Positions 10,215-17,948 of a stretch of DNA of 24,000 nt are shown here, one piece after another. Source of the stretch: Coleofasciculus sp. G1-WW12-02 (lineage in GTDB: Bacteria > Cyanobacteriota > Cyanobacteriia > Cyanobacteriales > Coleofasciculaceae); assembly GCA_040219735.1 (NCBI GenBank), contig JAVJRX010000129.1; one strand, 5' to 3'. Under the pieces are notes generated by a model. The model saw nothing but the letters and a program-made list of their open reading frames with translations, did not search any database and was not told where the DNA came from. Numbering within the stretch: the stretch's first letter is position 1; each line of letters opens with the position of its first letter. The translations under genes and the position numbers were made by a program.

Positions 10215-10304
10215 ATGGCTTCTCCCTTTCCCGGCATGAATCCTTATTTAGAAAATCCGGCATTTTGGTCAGAAGTACATAATCAATGGATAATTAATAA
10301 TTGA
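10215..10304 (+). pseudogene. Truncated N-terminal fragment of a DUF4058-family protein
   Basis: Manual translation MASPFPGMNPYLENPAFWSEVHNQWIINN* matches the DUF4058 N-terminus (MPSPFPGMNPYLE.P.LWP.VH..LI). The frame ends in AT-rich intergenic repeat sequence. Confidence 0.75.
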
Positions 10305-10513
10305 TAATTGACAATTGATTAATTGGGTCTAAGACCTCTTCGTTTACGAAGAAATTAAAAAAGATTTTCCTTAATTTCAATCCTCTTCTTTTAAGGAGAG
10401 GTCATTATCCATTGTCAATTTGTGAACCCCCTCCCGTCCCCCTTGAGATCCCCCTCCCGTCCCCCTTAAAAAGGGGGAGACCTGAAGAGTCTGGTCTGGC
10501 ACATAAATGTGTA

Positions 10514-10570
10514 GGGGCGGGTTTTACTACTCTCTTTTCGGTTGCACCCAGATGTAACTAAACCCGCCCC
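10514..10570. repeat. Interspersed palindromic repeat, copy B
   Basis: GGGGCGGGTTT (10514-10524) / AAACCCGCCCC (10560-10570), preceded by CACCCAGATGTAACT. Confidence 0.85.
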
Positions 10571-10688
10571 GATTCGTCGGTTTCGTGAGTTTATTTAACA
10601 AGTCAGATTACCGTGAGGGTACACAACCCAAAAGGTTACCAATGTGAGTTTTTCACCTTAAGTAAAACCAAAGCTTCATGAATTTTCC

Positions 10689-10961
10689 CTACCCTCGCTT
10701 ATAACCGTAGTACCAACGACTCGTCCTATCCCCCACATTTTTAACCGTATGAGATTCTTTTGCCGGAATCAGCACTTCCTCTCCGACTTGAGGACGAAAT
10801 GTTTTCCCTTGAAACGATAACTCAATTTCCCCTTCCAAAAGCATCACCAGTTCATCCGTATCGTGGACATAATCTGCCCACACCTGTCCCGGTGAATCCG
10901 TCCAAATCCCACAACTAAAGCCTCGGTTTTGCCAGTCGTTTTTAACGGTAGAATAGTCCAT
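10689..10961 (-). CDS. Small cupin-domain protein
   Basis: 90-aa ORF with DELVMLLEGEIELSFQGKTFRPQVGEEVLIPAKESHTVKN, a single cupin barrel. Confidence 0.85.
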   Translation of the reverse strand: MDYSTVKNDWQNRGFSCGIWTDSPGQVWADYVHDTDELVMLLEGEIELSFQGKTFRPQVGEEVLIPAKESHTVKNVGDRTSRWYYGYKRG

Positions 10962-11091
10962 GGTGAACTGAAACAGCTAAAATTGTCGAATAGATTGAGT
11001 TCGTAGTGAGGGCTTTAGCCCTCTCAAGCTAGGCGTTAAAGCACTAAAGTGCTTACTACAAACAAAGCCCTATTTTAGTTGTGCCAAGCTA

Positions 11092-11120
11092 GTAGGTTGG
11101 GTTGACGCCAGAAACCCAAC
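11092..11120. repeat. GTAGGTTGGGTT...AACCCAAC interspersed palindrome
   Basis: Same unit as 10021..10051, followed by a GGGCTAAAGCGCTTACTACAAGCC-type repeat. Confidence 0.7.
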
Positions 11121-11164
11121 AAAAGATAGGGCTAAAGCGCTTACTACAAGCCTTACAGGATGGG

Positions 11165-11494
11165 CTATTCGACAGAAACGGATTTCACATCTACCGTAGC
11201 TTCCGGTGTCGTACTGGTTTCTTCCGTGACGATTCCCGCTTGGCGAGATTTAGCCAAATCAATCAACCACTGCGACATCTCAGACACCAGCAGCGTCAGC
11301 ACGACGACATCATCAATTTGCCCGACAATTGGAATAAAGTCTGGGGCGATATCAATGGGACTAAACACGTAAAGGAGAGTCCCTAAGACTATCCACCAAC
11401 GGTATTTAGGATTGCGAACCGCGTTACGATACCAGTTATATATGGATTGGATTGAAAAATTATTCATCAGTTTTTCCCGACAGCTACCTTTCAT
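11165..11494 (-). CDS. DUF1232 / YkvA-family protein
   Basis: ORF with YRNAVRNPKYRWWIVLGTLLYVFSPIDIAPDFIPIVGQIDDVVVLTLLVSEM, the diagnostic DUF1232 core. Confidence 0.88.
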   Translation of the reverse strand: MKGSCREKLMNNFSIQSIYNWYRNAVRNPKYRWWIVLGTLLYVFSPIDIAPDFIPIVGQIDDVVVLTLLVSEMSQWLIDLAKSRQAGIVTEETSTTPEATVDVKSVSVE

Positions 11495-11625
11495 CTTGCC
11501 AAATTCATCCCGGAATCTCTATGGGGATAACCCACCTGTTCAGGTGCAGAACTTACACCTACTGACGTGAGGGGGAGAGTTTGATGGGATTGGGATTTGC
11601 TGGGGATGATGGGAATCGCGCTTTG

Positions 11626-14600
11626 TTACTGTTTTACATCATCACACAGAAACTTATCGCTATCTGGGGCGCTGTGCTTCAAATAATCCCCAACCCAATC
11701 ACAGGCTCTATGCATGAGTGCATCTAGCGTTAAATCCTCTAAATTCCACAGCTTCACTGTTTTATCCCCACTAGCAGAAGCAATCGTCTTTCCATCTGGG
11801 CTGAACACTACGCTATAGACTGCTTCTTCATGACCAGAAAGACTGTGGAGAAGTTCACCTTCTCGATTCCACAACCTGACTGTTTTATCATTACTAGCAG
11901 AAGCAATGGTGTTTCCATCTGGGCTGAACACTACCCTCCCGACTGTTTCTTCATGACCAGAAAGAATGTGGAGAAGTTCACCTTCTCGATTCCACAACCT
12001 GACTGTTGTATCTGTACTAGCAGAAGCAATCGTCTTTCCATCTGGGTTGAACACTACCCTCCAGACTGTTTCTTCATGACCAGAAAGAATGTGGAGAAGT
12101 TCACCTTCTCGATTCCACAACCTGACTGTTCCATCCCCACTAGCAGAAGCAATCGTCTTTCCATCTGGGCTGAACACTACACTGATGACTGTTTCTTCAT
12201 GACCAGAAAGAGTGTGGAGAAGTTCACCTTCTCGATTCCACAACCTGACTGTTTTATCCCAACTAGCAGAAGCAATCGTCTTTCCATCTGGGCTGAACAC
12301 TACCCTTATGATTGATGCTTCATGACCAGAAAGAATGTGGAGAAGTTCACCTTCTCGATTCCACAACCTGACTGTTTTATCCCCACTAGCAGAAGCAATC
12401 GTCTTTCCATCTGGGCTGAACACTACGCTCCAGACCTCGTCTTCATGACCAGAAAGAATGTGGAGAAGTTCACCTTCTCGATTCCACAACCTGACTGTTT
12501 TATCAGAACTAGCAGAAGCAATCGTCTTTCCATCTGGGCTGAACAATACGCTATTGACCCATGCTTCATGACCAGAAAGACTGTGGAGAAGTTCACCTTC
12601 TCGATTCCACAACCTGAGTGTTTTATCCCTACTAGCAGAAGCAATCGTGTTTCCATCTGGGCTAAACACTACGCTACTGACCAATTCTTCATGACCAGAA
12701 AGGGTGTGGAGAAGTTCACCTTGTTGATTCCACAACCTGACTGTTTTATCCCCACTAGCAGAAGCAATCGTCTTTCCATCTGGGCTGAACACTACGCTCC
12801 AGACTGATGCTTCATGACCAGAAAGGGTGTGGAGAAGTTCACCTTTTCGATTCCACAACCTGACTGTTTTATCCCAACTAGCAGAAGCAATCGTCTTTCC
12901 ATCTGGGCTGAACACTACCCTCCAGACTGTTTCTTCATGACCAGAAAGACTGTGGAGAAGTTCACCGGCTCGATTCCACAACCTGACTGTATCCCCACTA
13001 GCAGAAGCAATCGTATTTCCGTCTGGGCTAAACACTACCCTCCAGACTGGTTCTTCATGACCAGAAAGAGTGTGGAGAAGTTCACCTTCTCGATTCCACA
13101 ACCTGACTGTATTATCCCAACTAGCAGAAGCAATCGTCTTTCCATCGGGGCTGAACACTACGCTATTGACTGGTTCTTCATGACCAGAAAGACTGTGGAG
13201 AAGTTCACCTTCTCGATTCCACAACCTGACTGTTTTATCACCACTAGCAGAAGCAATCGTCTTTCCATCTGGGCTGAACACTACCCTCCAGACTGTTTCT
13301 TCATGACCAGAAAGGGTGTGGAGAAGTTCACCTTCTCGATTCCACAACCTGACTGTTTTATCACCACTAGCAGAAGCAATCGTCTTTCCATCTGGGCTGA
13401 ACACTACGCTAATGACTCGTTCTTCATGACCAGAAAGAATGTGGAGAAGTTCACCTTCTCGATTCCACAACCTGACTGTTTTATCATAACTAGCAGAAGC
13501 AATCGTGTTTCCATCTGGGCTGAACACTACGCTATAGACCAAATCTTCATGACCAGAAAGGGTGTGGAGAAGTTCACCTTTTCGATTCCACAACCTGACT
13601 GTTTTATCCCCACTAGCAGAAGCAATCGTCTTGCCATCTGGGCTGAACACTACGCTATAGACTGGTTCTTCATGACCAGTTAATCGATTCCGCTCTCTAA
13701 CGCTGTCGTCATAAATTACCGTCTGCAAGGTTTGATTAATTCGCCGCTTAATCTCCAATTTTTCTGAATTTGATTCTTTGAATAGCTCTCCTGCCCGAAT
13801 CCCTTCAATCAGAGCATCTAATTTCAGATTTGACTTAACCAATATCTGGGAAAAGCGGCTTAACGCATCAATTTGACCTGCCATCCTTTTTTCTGATTCC
13901 CGCCACTGGACTACCGCCAAGCTTGTTAAACCCATCAACCCAATCAAAGCAGTAACCGATACAACTATAATTCGGCGAGCTTGTTTAAGTTCTCGTTTAC
14001 GGCGACTTTCTTCTTGATGCAAATGAGTCTCTTTCGCCGCTATACTTGCTTCAATAAATGCGTTTTGCAAGTCGGTGGCTGAAGGCTTTTTCCGGCTTTG
14101 ATTCGTTTCCTGTAACCAGTCTTGAGCAATTGCTAATTCATTTCCCCGCAACAACAAATCATCACTTTTATCCTTCTGCTGCCACTCCAGCGCTCGCTGT
14201 GACCATTTGCTATGCAGGCGAACGTGTTCTCTATCCGTATCTAAAGCCCTGACCAATTGATTGAAATTGGCATTAAACTCCCGTTGATTCTGATTGAAAT
14301 CAATCCACTGGATCTGGGCTAACTCTGGATGTAAATTTGCCGAGTCTACGGGTTGATGTAATACGGTGATAAAACGCTTATTTAAACTGGCTGCATAGTC
14401 CACCTCAGCAGCACAGTACGGTGAATTAACCGAACGCGGTGAAAGAATAAACAAAAAGTTATCACAGGCTTTAATCCCTAACTGAATCTCCTGCTGAAAG
14501 TCACTCCCCGATGCAATACTTTCCTGGTCAAACCATGTCGTTTTTCCTTGCATCTGTAATGCATCATTTAGCTTTCTCGCCAAGTCTGAGTCAGCACGGG

Positions 14601-15930
14601 AATAAGAGATAAACACATCCAGCGACTCTAACGGCGGTTGTCGCAGGCTTTCAGTAATGAATTCTTCTTGTAAGGCGGTGGGTGGATGGTGTGTCCTTTT
14701 TTGTGCTACCTTTAACCACGCTTCAGCACTGCGTAAGTTATAGCCTCGTAGCAGAATACTAGGATTTTGGTATTGCTCTTTCCACTTCAGCGCTTTGGTC
14801 AGTAAAATCTTATGCTCTCGATAATAAGCCTCATCCTGATGTAGAATCCGTAATAACTGACTTTCATCAAGCCGATAATCCTCTTCCTTTACATTATCGG
14901 TGAGGTCAATATATTGTAATCCCTGTAGCGCGGGTGGGATTTGTTCCACTGGTGTTTCCCGTACCAGTACCGGAATAATCCGCTTGTGCAGTGATACCGC
15001 TAAGTCTAATTCTTGTTGACAGTAGGTTGAGTTTACGGAGTCGGGTGAAAGGAGATACACTAAGTTATCCGCCTGTTCAATTCCCCGTCTAATCGCGTCC
15101 TCAAAGGATTCTCCACTTTGAATATCTGTTGTATTTGTCCAAACGGTAATGCTTTCTCGCCTTAAACTGCGACGAATCTTTTCCATCGTCGCCTTATCTA
15201 CATCGCTGTAGGCAAGAACCACCTGAGTCATCAAGTTATTGGCATTTTTGATACTTTCGGTGATGTATTCGCAATGTAAGTCCGTAGGAAGACAAGGCGG
15301 TTGTTCATCTTTAAACCGTACCTTTAACCAAGCTTCTGCCTGTTGTCTCTCTGCGCCAACTAATAGCCAACGATGTTGCTTTTGATTCCTCTCCCATTCC
15401 AATGCTTTGGCTAGAAAACGGGTATGTTGTTCTACATAGTCGGAATGAGAACGGAGTAATTTTACTAAGTCAGCTAAGGATGCTTCAAAATTGTTTACCC
15501 CCTCCTGAAAATACACCCAGTTGAGTTTACGGATTGTTGGGTGCATGTTTTGATAGCTTTCATGTAACCCCTTTGCTTTATAAGCTTCCCACTCTGACTG
15601 AGTACCATTAGGATTACGCTGCTGCCAGGTTTCCTGGCTAATTCCCATAACGTGTAATATAGGAATAATCCGTTTATTCAGTTTAATCGCCAGTTCAATT
15701 TCTTTTAGGCAATAGGGAGAGTTGACGGAATGAGGAGAAATGATAAATAGGAAATGACTAGCTTTTTCGATGCCATCGTCAATTTGATTCTGGAAGTCTA
15801 CGGCTAGGGGAATATCATTGAAGTCAAACCAGACGTTAAACTTTTGTGCAGTTAGACGGGATTGCAGGGTTTGAGCGAAAGCTTTACTATCGGCTCGTCC
15901 GTAAGAGATAAAGGCATCAAAAATTGTCAT
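11626..15930 (-). CDS. Giant multi-TIR / transmembrane / WD40-repeat protein (TIR-TIR-TIR-TM-WD40x16)
   Basis: 1434-aa ORF. TIR1 aa ~3-95 (FDAFISYGRADSKAFAQTL...FIISPHSVNSPYCLKEIELA), TIR2 aa ~234-345 (VVLAYSDVDKATMEKI...YLLSPDSVNSTYCQQELDLA), TIR3 aa ~437-545 (DVFISYSRADSDLARKL...FILSPRSVNSPYCAAEVDYA), TM aa ~653-675 (RIIVVSVTALIGLMGLTSLAVVQ), 16 WD40 units from aa 751, and tail LEDLTLDALMHRACDWVGDYLK. Confidence 0.93.
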   Translation of the reverse strand: MTIFDAFISYGRADSKAFAQTLQSRLTAQKFNVWFDFNDIPLAVDFQNQIDDGIEKASHFLFIISPHSVNSPYCLKEIELAIKLNKRIIPILHVMGISQETWQQRNPNGTQSEWEAYKAKGLHESYQNMHPTIRKLNWVYFQEGVNNFEASLADLVKLLRSHSDYVEQHTRFLAKALEWERNQKQHRWLLVGAERQQAEAWLKVRFKDEQPPCLPTDLHCEYITESIKNANNLMTQVVLAYSDVDKATMEKIRRSLRRESITVWTNTTDIQSGESFEDAIRRGIEQADNLVYLLSPDSVNSTYCQQELDLAVSLHKRIIPVLVRETPVEQIPPALQGLQYIDLTDNVKEEDYRLDESQLLRILHQDEAYYREHKILLTKALKWKEQYQNPSILLRGYNLRSAEAWLKVAQKRTHHPPTALQEEFITESLRQPPLESLDVFISYSRADSDLARKLNDALQMQGKTTWFDQESIASGSDFQQEIQLGIKACDNFLFILSPRSVNSPYCAAEVDYAASLNKRFITVLHQPVDSANLHPELAQIQWIDFNQNQREFNANFNQLVRALDTDREHVRLHSKWSQRALEWQQKDKSDDLLLRGNELAIAQDWLQETNQSRKKPSATDLQNAFIEASIAAKETHLHQEESRRKRELKQARRIIVVSVTALIGLMGLTSLAVVQWRESEKRMAGQIDALSRFSQILVKSNLKLDALIEGIRAGELFKESNSEKLEIKRRINQTLQTVIYDDSVRERNRLTGHEEPVYSVVFSPDGKTIASASGDKTVRLWNRKGELLHTLSGHEDLVYSVVFSPDGNTIASASYDKTVRLWNREGELLHILSGHEERVISVVFSPDGKTIASASGDKTVRLWNREGELLHTLSGHEETVWRVVFSPDGKTIASASGDKTVRLWNREGELLHSLSGHEEPVNSVVFSPDGKTIASASWDNTVRLWNREGELLHTLSGHEEPVWRVVFSPDGNTIASASGDTVRLWNRAGELLHSLSGHEETVWRVVFSPDGKTIASASWDKTVRLWNRKGELLHTLSGHEASVWSVVFSPDGKTIASASGDKTVRLWNQQGELLHTLSGHEELVSSVVFSPDGNTIASASRDKTLRLWNREGELLHSLSGHEAWVNSVLFSPDGKTIASASSDKTVRLWNREGELLHILSGHEDEVWSVVFSPDGKTIASASGDKTVRLWNREGELLHILSGHEASIIRVVFSPDGKTIASASWDKTVRLWNREGELLHTLSGHEETVISVVFSPDGKTIASASGDGTVRLWNREGELLHILSGHEETVWRVVFNPDGKTIASASTDTTVRLWNREGELLHILSGHEETVGRVVFSPDGNTIASASNDKTVRLWNREGELLHSLSGHEEAVYSVVFSPDGKTIASASGDKTVKLWNLEDLTLDALMHRACDWVGDYLKHSAPDSDKFLCDDVKQ
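11716..13680 (-). repeat. In-frame tandem array of 16 WD40 units, 123-bp period (one unit 120 bp)
   Basis: Consensus SGHEExVxxVVFSPDGKTIASASxDKTVRLWNREGELLHxL repeated 16 times. Unit 6 lacks one codon (SASGDTVRLW). Confidence 0.95.
13906..13974 (-). other. Predicted single transmembrane segment of the TIR/WD40 protein
   Basis: Encodes RIIVVSVTALIGLMGLTSLAVVQ, preceded by basic residues RRKRELKQARR. Confidence 0.75.
14296..14622 (-). other. TIR domain 3
   Basis: LDVFISYSRADSDLARKLNDALQMQGKTTWFDQESIASGSDFQQEIQLGIKACDNFLFILSPRSVNSPYC. Boundaries are approximate. Confidence 0.85.
14896..15231 (-). other. TIR domain 2
   Basis: MTQVVLAYSDVDKATMEKIRRSLRRESITVWTNTTDIQSGESFEDAIRRGIEQADNLVYLLSPDSVNSTYC. 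Boundaries are approximate. Confidence 0.8.
15646..15924 (-). other. TIR domain 1
   Basis: IFDAFISYGRADSKAFAQTLQSRLTAQKFNVWFDFNDIPLAVDFQNQIDDGIEKASHFLFIISPHSVNSPYC. Boundaries are approximate. Confidence 0.88.
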
Positions 15931-16066
15931 TTTCTGGTATCTGTCCCTAGCTAAACGTCAGGAATACAGCTTTGAATGTGGAGTATGTCACCGTTGTCGT
16001 AGCGTGACACACCGAATTGGGTGGAGGACGAACGAAAGCAATACCTTGATGCTAACCCCACCCTAA

Positions 16067-16089
16067 CCCTCCCCTTTATAAGGGGAGGG
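16067..16089. repeat. Hairpin within an intergenic repeat block (CCCTCCCCTT-TAT-AAGGGGAGGG)
   Basis: 10-bp perfect arms. It lies in a 16051..16142 block of the common cyanobacterial type 'aaccctcccctttataaggggagggaaccgg...ccggggggattaaggggggtt'. Confidence 0.75.
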
Positions 16090-16322
16090 AACCGGAAAGG
16101 AGCATTTCCCCCCAAAGCACCGGGGGGATTAAGGGGGGTTATTTTTAAGGCAACGAGATTCAAAGGCTCACTTAGTTTGCGTTTCCTCTTAAGTTGACAC
16201 GGGTGACAGACGTGCGCCCTTTTACCGCACAGACGTGCGTCCAAAACCGTAAAATCCATCCCATCATTTTAGCTGTGCCACGGCAGTAGTGGACTGACAC
16301 AGCTACAATCGTAGAATAGGTT

Positions 16323-16355
16323 GTAGGTTGGGTTTCGACTTCGCTCAACCCAACG
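16323..16355. repeat. GTAGGTTGGGTT...AACCCAACG interspersed palindrome
   Basis: GTAGGTTGGGTTTCGACTTCGCTCAACCCAACG, same unit as 10021 and 11092. Confidence 0.7.
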
Positions 16356-16549
16356 AACTCTAGGGCTAAGGTTCCTTACTACAAGCCGGAGCGATCGCAC
16401 ATGCCTAACCTGTAAGAACATTTTGTGCAAAAATTTAGGTTGAATGGTACTAAGTTAAGGCTGGTGGGCAATGCCCACCCTACGGTATATCAAGAGTTTC
16501 GGCGATTAAAAAATGCAAGTTTTCAGTGCCATTTAATTTAAAGTGAGTA

Positions 16550-16566
16550 GCGAGCAAGATGCTCGC
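16550..16566. repeat. Dispersed hairpin GCGAGCA-AGA-TGCTCGC
   Basis: Inverted copy of the 6410..6426 unit. Confidence 0.75.
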
Positions 16567-16837
16567 ACTACGAGAATTTTGCCACTATTGACAATAACAA
16601 TTAATTGAATGTTTTCTTCCCCATCTCCCAGACGCTTCAAAAGCGCGTCTCTACACCCCTTAACCGAACCGTATTGAGACAGTTGCCAAATCGCCACCCG
16701 TCTCTCCCGAATCCCGCGCTCTAGCCGCGAAAATTAATCAACCTCTTTGCAAGCGGCGATAAATCCCTAGAATTGGAGTGGCTTGCATTTTAGCAAAGAC
16801 AATTATACTTAGCAATCAAGGGAGGTTGAGAACCGAT

Positions 16838-17824
16838 ATGGATATTGTTGCGGTTATTGAAAAGGGCGGAATCGCCATGTGGCCCCTGTTAGGGCTTTCG
16901 ATCCTAGCAGTTGGTACAATTTTTGAGCGACTCTGGTTTTGGGCGGGAATCCTCTTGAAACAAGAGGAAATCGTCAATCGGGTGCTGGATGCAGGCGCTC
17001 AAAACTGGCAGGTGGCTAGAGAAATCGCGATGAAATCGCGGCGACAACCCGTGGGACGATATTTATATGCTCCCCTACGCCTGATCAGCCCAGAACCTGA
17101 ATTATTCCGCTTAGCTTTAGAAGGGGCGGCTGATGACGAGTTAGCGGCGATGCGGCGCGGCGATAAGCTATTAGAAGCGGTGATTGCGCTGTCTCCTCTG
17201 TTGGGATTACTGGGAACGGTACTCGGTTTAATCAACTCATTAGGCTCAATTACCATTGATCAACTAGGTACAGCCTCCACCGCTGGGGTAACGTTGGGAA
17301 TCGGCGAAGCGCTGATTAGTACCGCGACAGGACTGATTATTGCAATTACCAGTTTGGCATTTTATCGACTGTTTCAAGCCTTTTGGTTTAACCAAGTCAA
17401 AATTTTCCGTAAAGCGGGGACAGAGTTGGAATTACTGTATCGCCAAGATTGGTTACAAGCCGAAGATAGTGATCAAGTGATGAGCGATACCCTCCAAGAC
17501 CATACCATTAACGTTTACCAAGAGAGTTTTGAAGTACCCCAACCCCCCACTTCACTTCCCAAACCCCGATCCAAGCAGAAGCAGCCGCCAAAGCAGGATG
17601 ATCAGGTTTTACCGGCACAAAGCGATCGCACTCCCGTCGCCAATGCTAAAACAAACCAAGACGAACAGCTTTCCCCAGACAATCCTCAAGTCCCCTCAAG
17701 CGATCGCACTCCCGTCGCCAATGCTAAAACAAACCAAGACGATCCGCTTTCCCCAGACAATCCTCAACTCCCCCAAAGCGATCGCACTCCTGTCTCCAAC
17801 CCTCAAGGAAACCCAGAAAATTAG
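16838..17824 (+). CDS. MotA/TolQ/ExbB-family proton channel protein
   Basis: ORF 16778..17824; likely start ATG 16838 ([21 protein letters not shown]) preceded by GGGAGG. Core [25 protein letters not shown] and [23 protein letters not shown]. Disordered repetitive C-terminal tail. Confidence 0.9.
   Translation: MDIVAVIEKGGIAMWPLLGLSILAVGTIFERLWFWAGILLKQEEIVNRVLDAGAQNWQVAREIAMKSRRQPVGRYLYAPLRLISPEPELFRLALEGAADDELAAMRRGDKLLEAVIALSPLLGLLGTVLGLINSLGSITIDQLGTASTAGVTLGIGEALISTATGLIIAITSLAFYRLFQAFWFNQVKIFRKAGTELELLYRQDWLQAEDSDQVMSDTLQDHTINVYQESFEVPQPPTSLPKPRSKQKQPPKQDDQVLPAQSDRTPVANAKTNQDEQLSPDNPQVPSSDRTPVANAKTNQDDPLSPDNPQLPQSDRTPVSNPQGNPEN
17622..17800 (+). repeat. 78-bp in-frame tandem repeat (about 2.4 copies) in the exbB-like gene tail
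   Basis: GCGATCGC at 17622, 17700 and 17778 (exact 78-bp spacing). Encodes [26 protein letters not shown] / [26 protein letters not shown] / [11 protein letters not shown]. Confidence 0.93.
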
Positions 17825-17948
17825 AAGTCTTTTCCTTAGTTTTCCCGATATCCTTAGTGCTGCTTGGCTTCAAATTGCCACCCGTTAATGTATAGACAAA
17901 AAAGCAGACATCCTAAACAAGTGCAGCCCTGGAGCCTTCTTTGACCTT

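Noticed and set aside
11716-13680. Possible CRISPR or non-coding tandem array suggested by the regular 123-bp periodicity
   Set aside because: The periodicity is an exact multiple of 3, continuous with a 1434-aa ORF, and has no distinct repeat/spacer structure.
11830-13683. Long plus-strand ORFs (161, 161 and 289 aa; MTRKTVEKFTFSIPQPDCFIPTSRSNRLSIWAEHY repeats)
   Set aside because: They are antisense shadows of the 123-bp periodic WD40-coding DNA. Each codon phase without a stop is copied 16 times, producing artificial open frames. The minus-strand frame has recognisable WD40 chemistry.
14058-14252. 64-aa plus-strand ORF opposite the third TIR linker
   Set aside because: Short, antisense to conserved linker sequence, and without motifs.
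15951-16259. 102-aa minus-strand ORF upstream of the TIR/WD40 gene
   Set aside because: It translates a known-style intergenic repeat (PLNPPGALGGNAPFRFPPLIKGR from the CCCTCCCCTTTATAAGGGGAGGG block) and lacks domain features, so it is unlikely to be a real gene or TIR partner.
17529-17888. 119-aa ORF overlapping the exbB-like gene
   Set aside because: It is the alternate frame of the 78-bp tandem repeat; the exbB-like frame is clearly the coding one.
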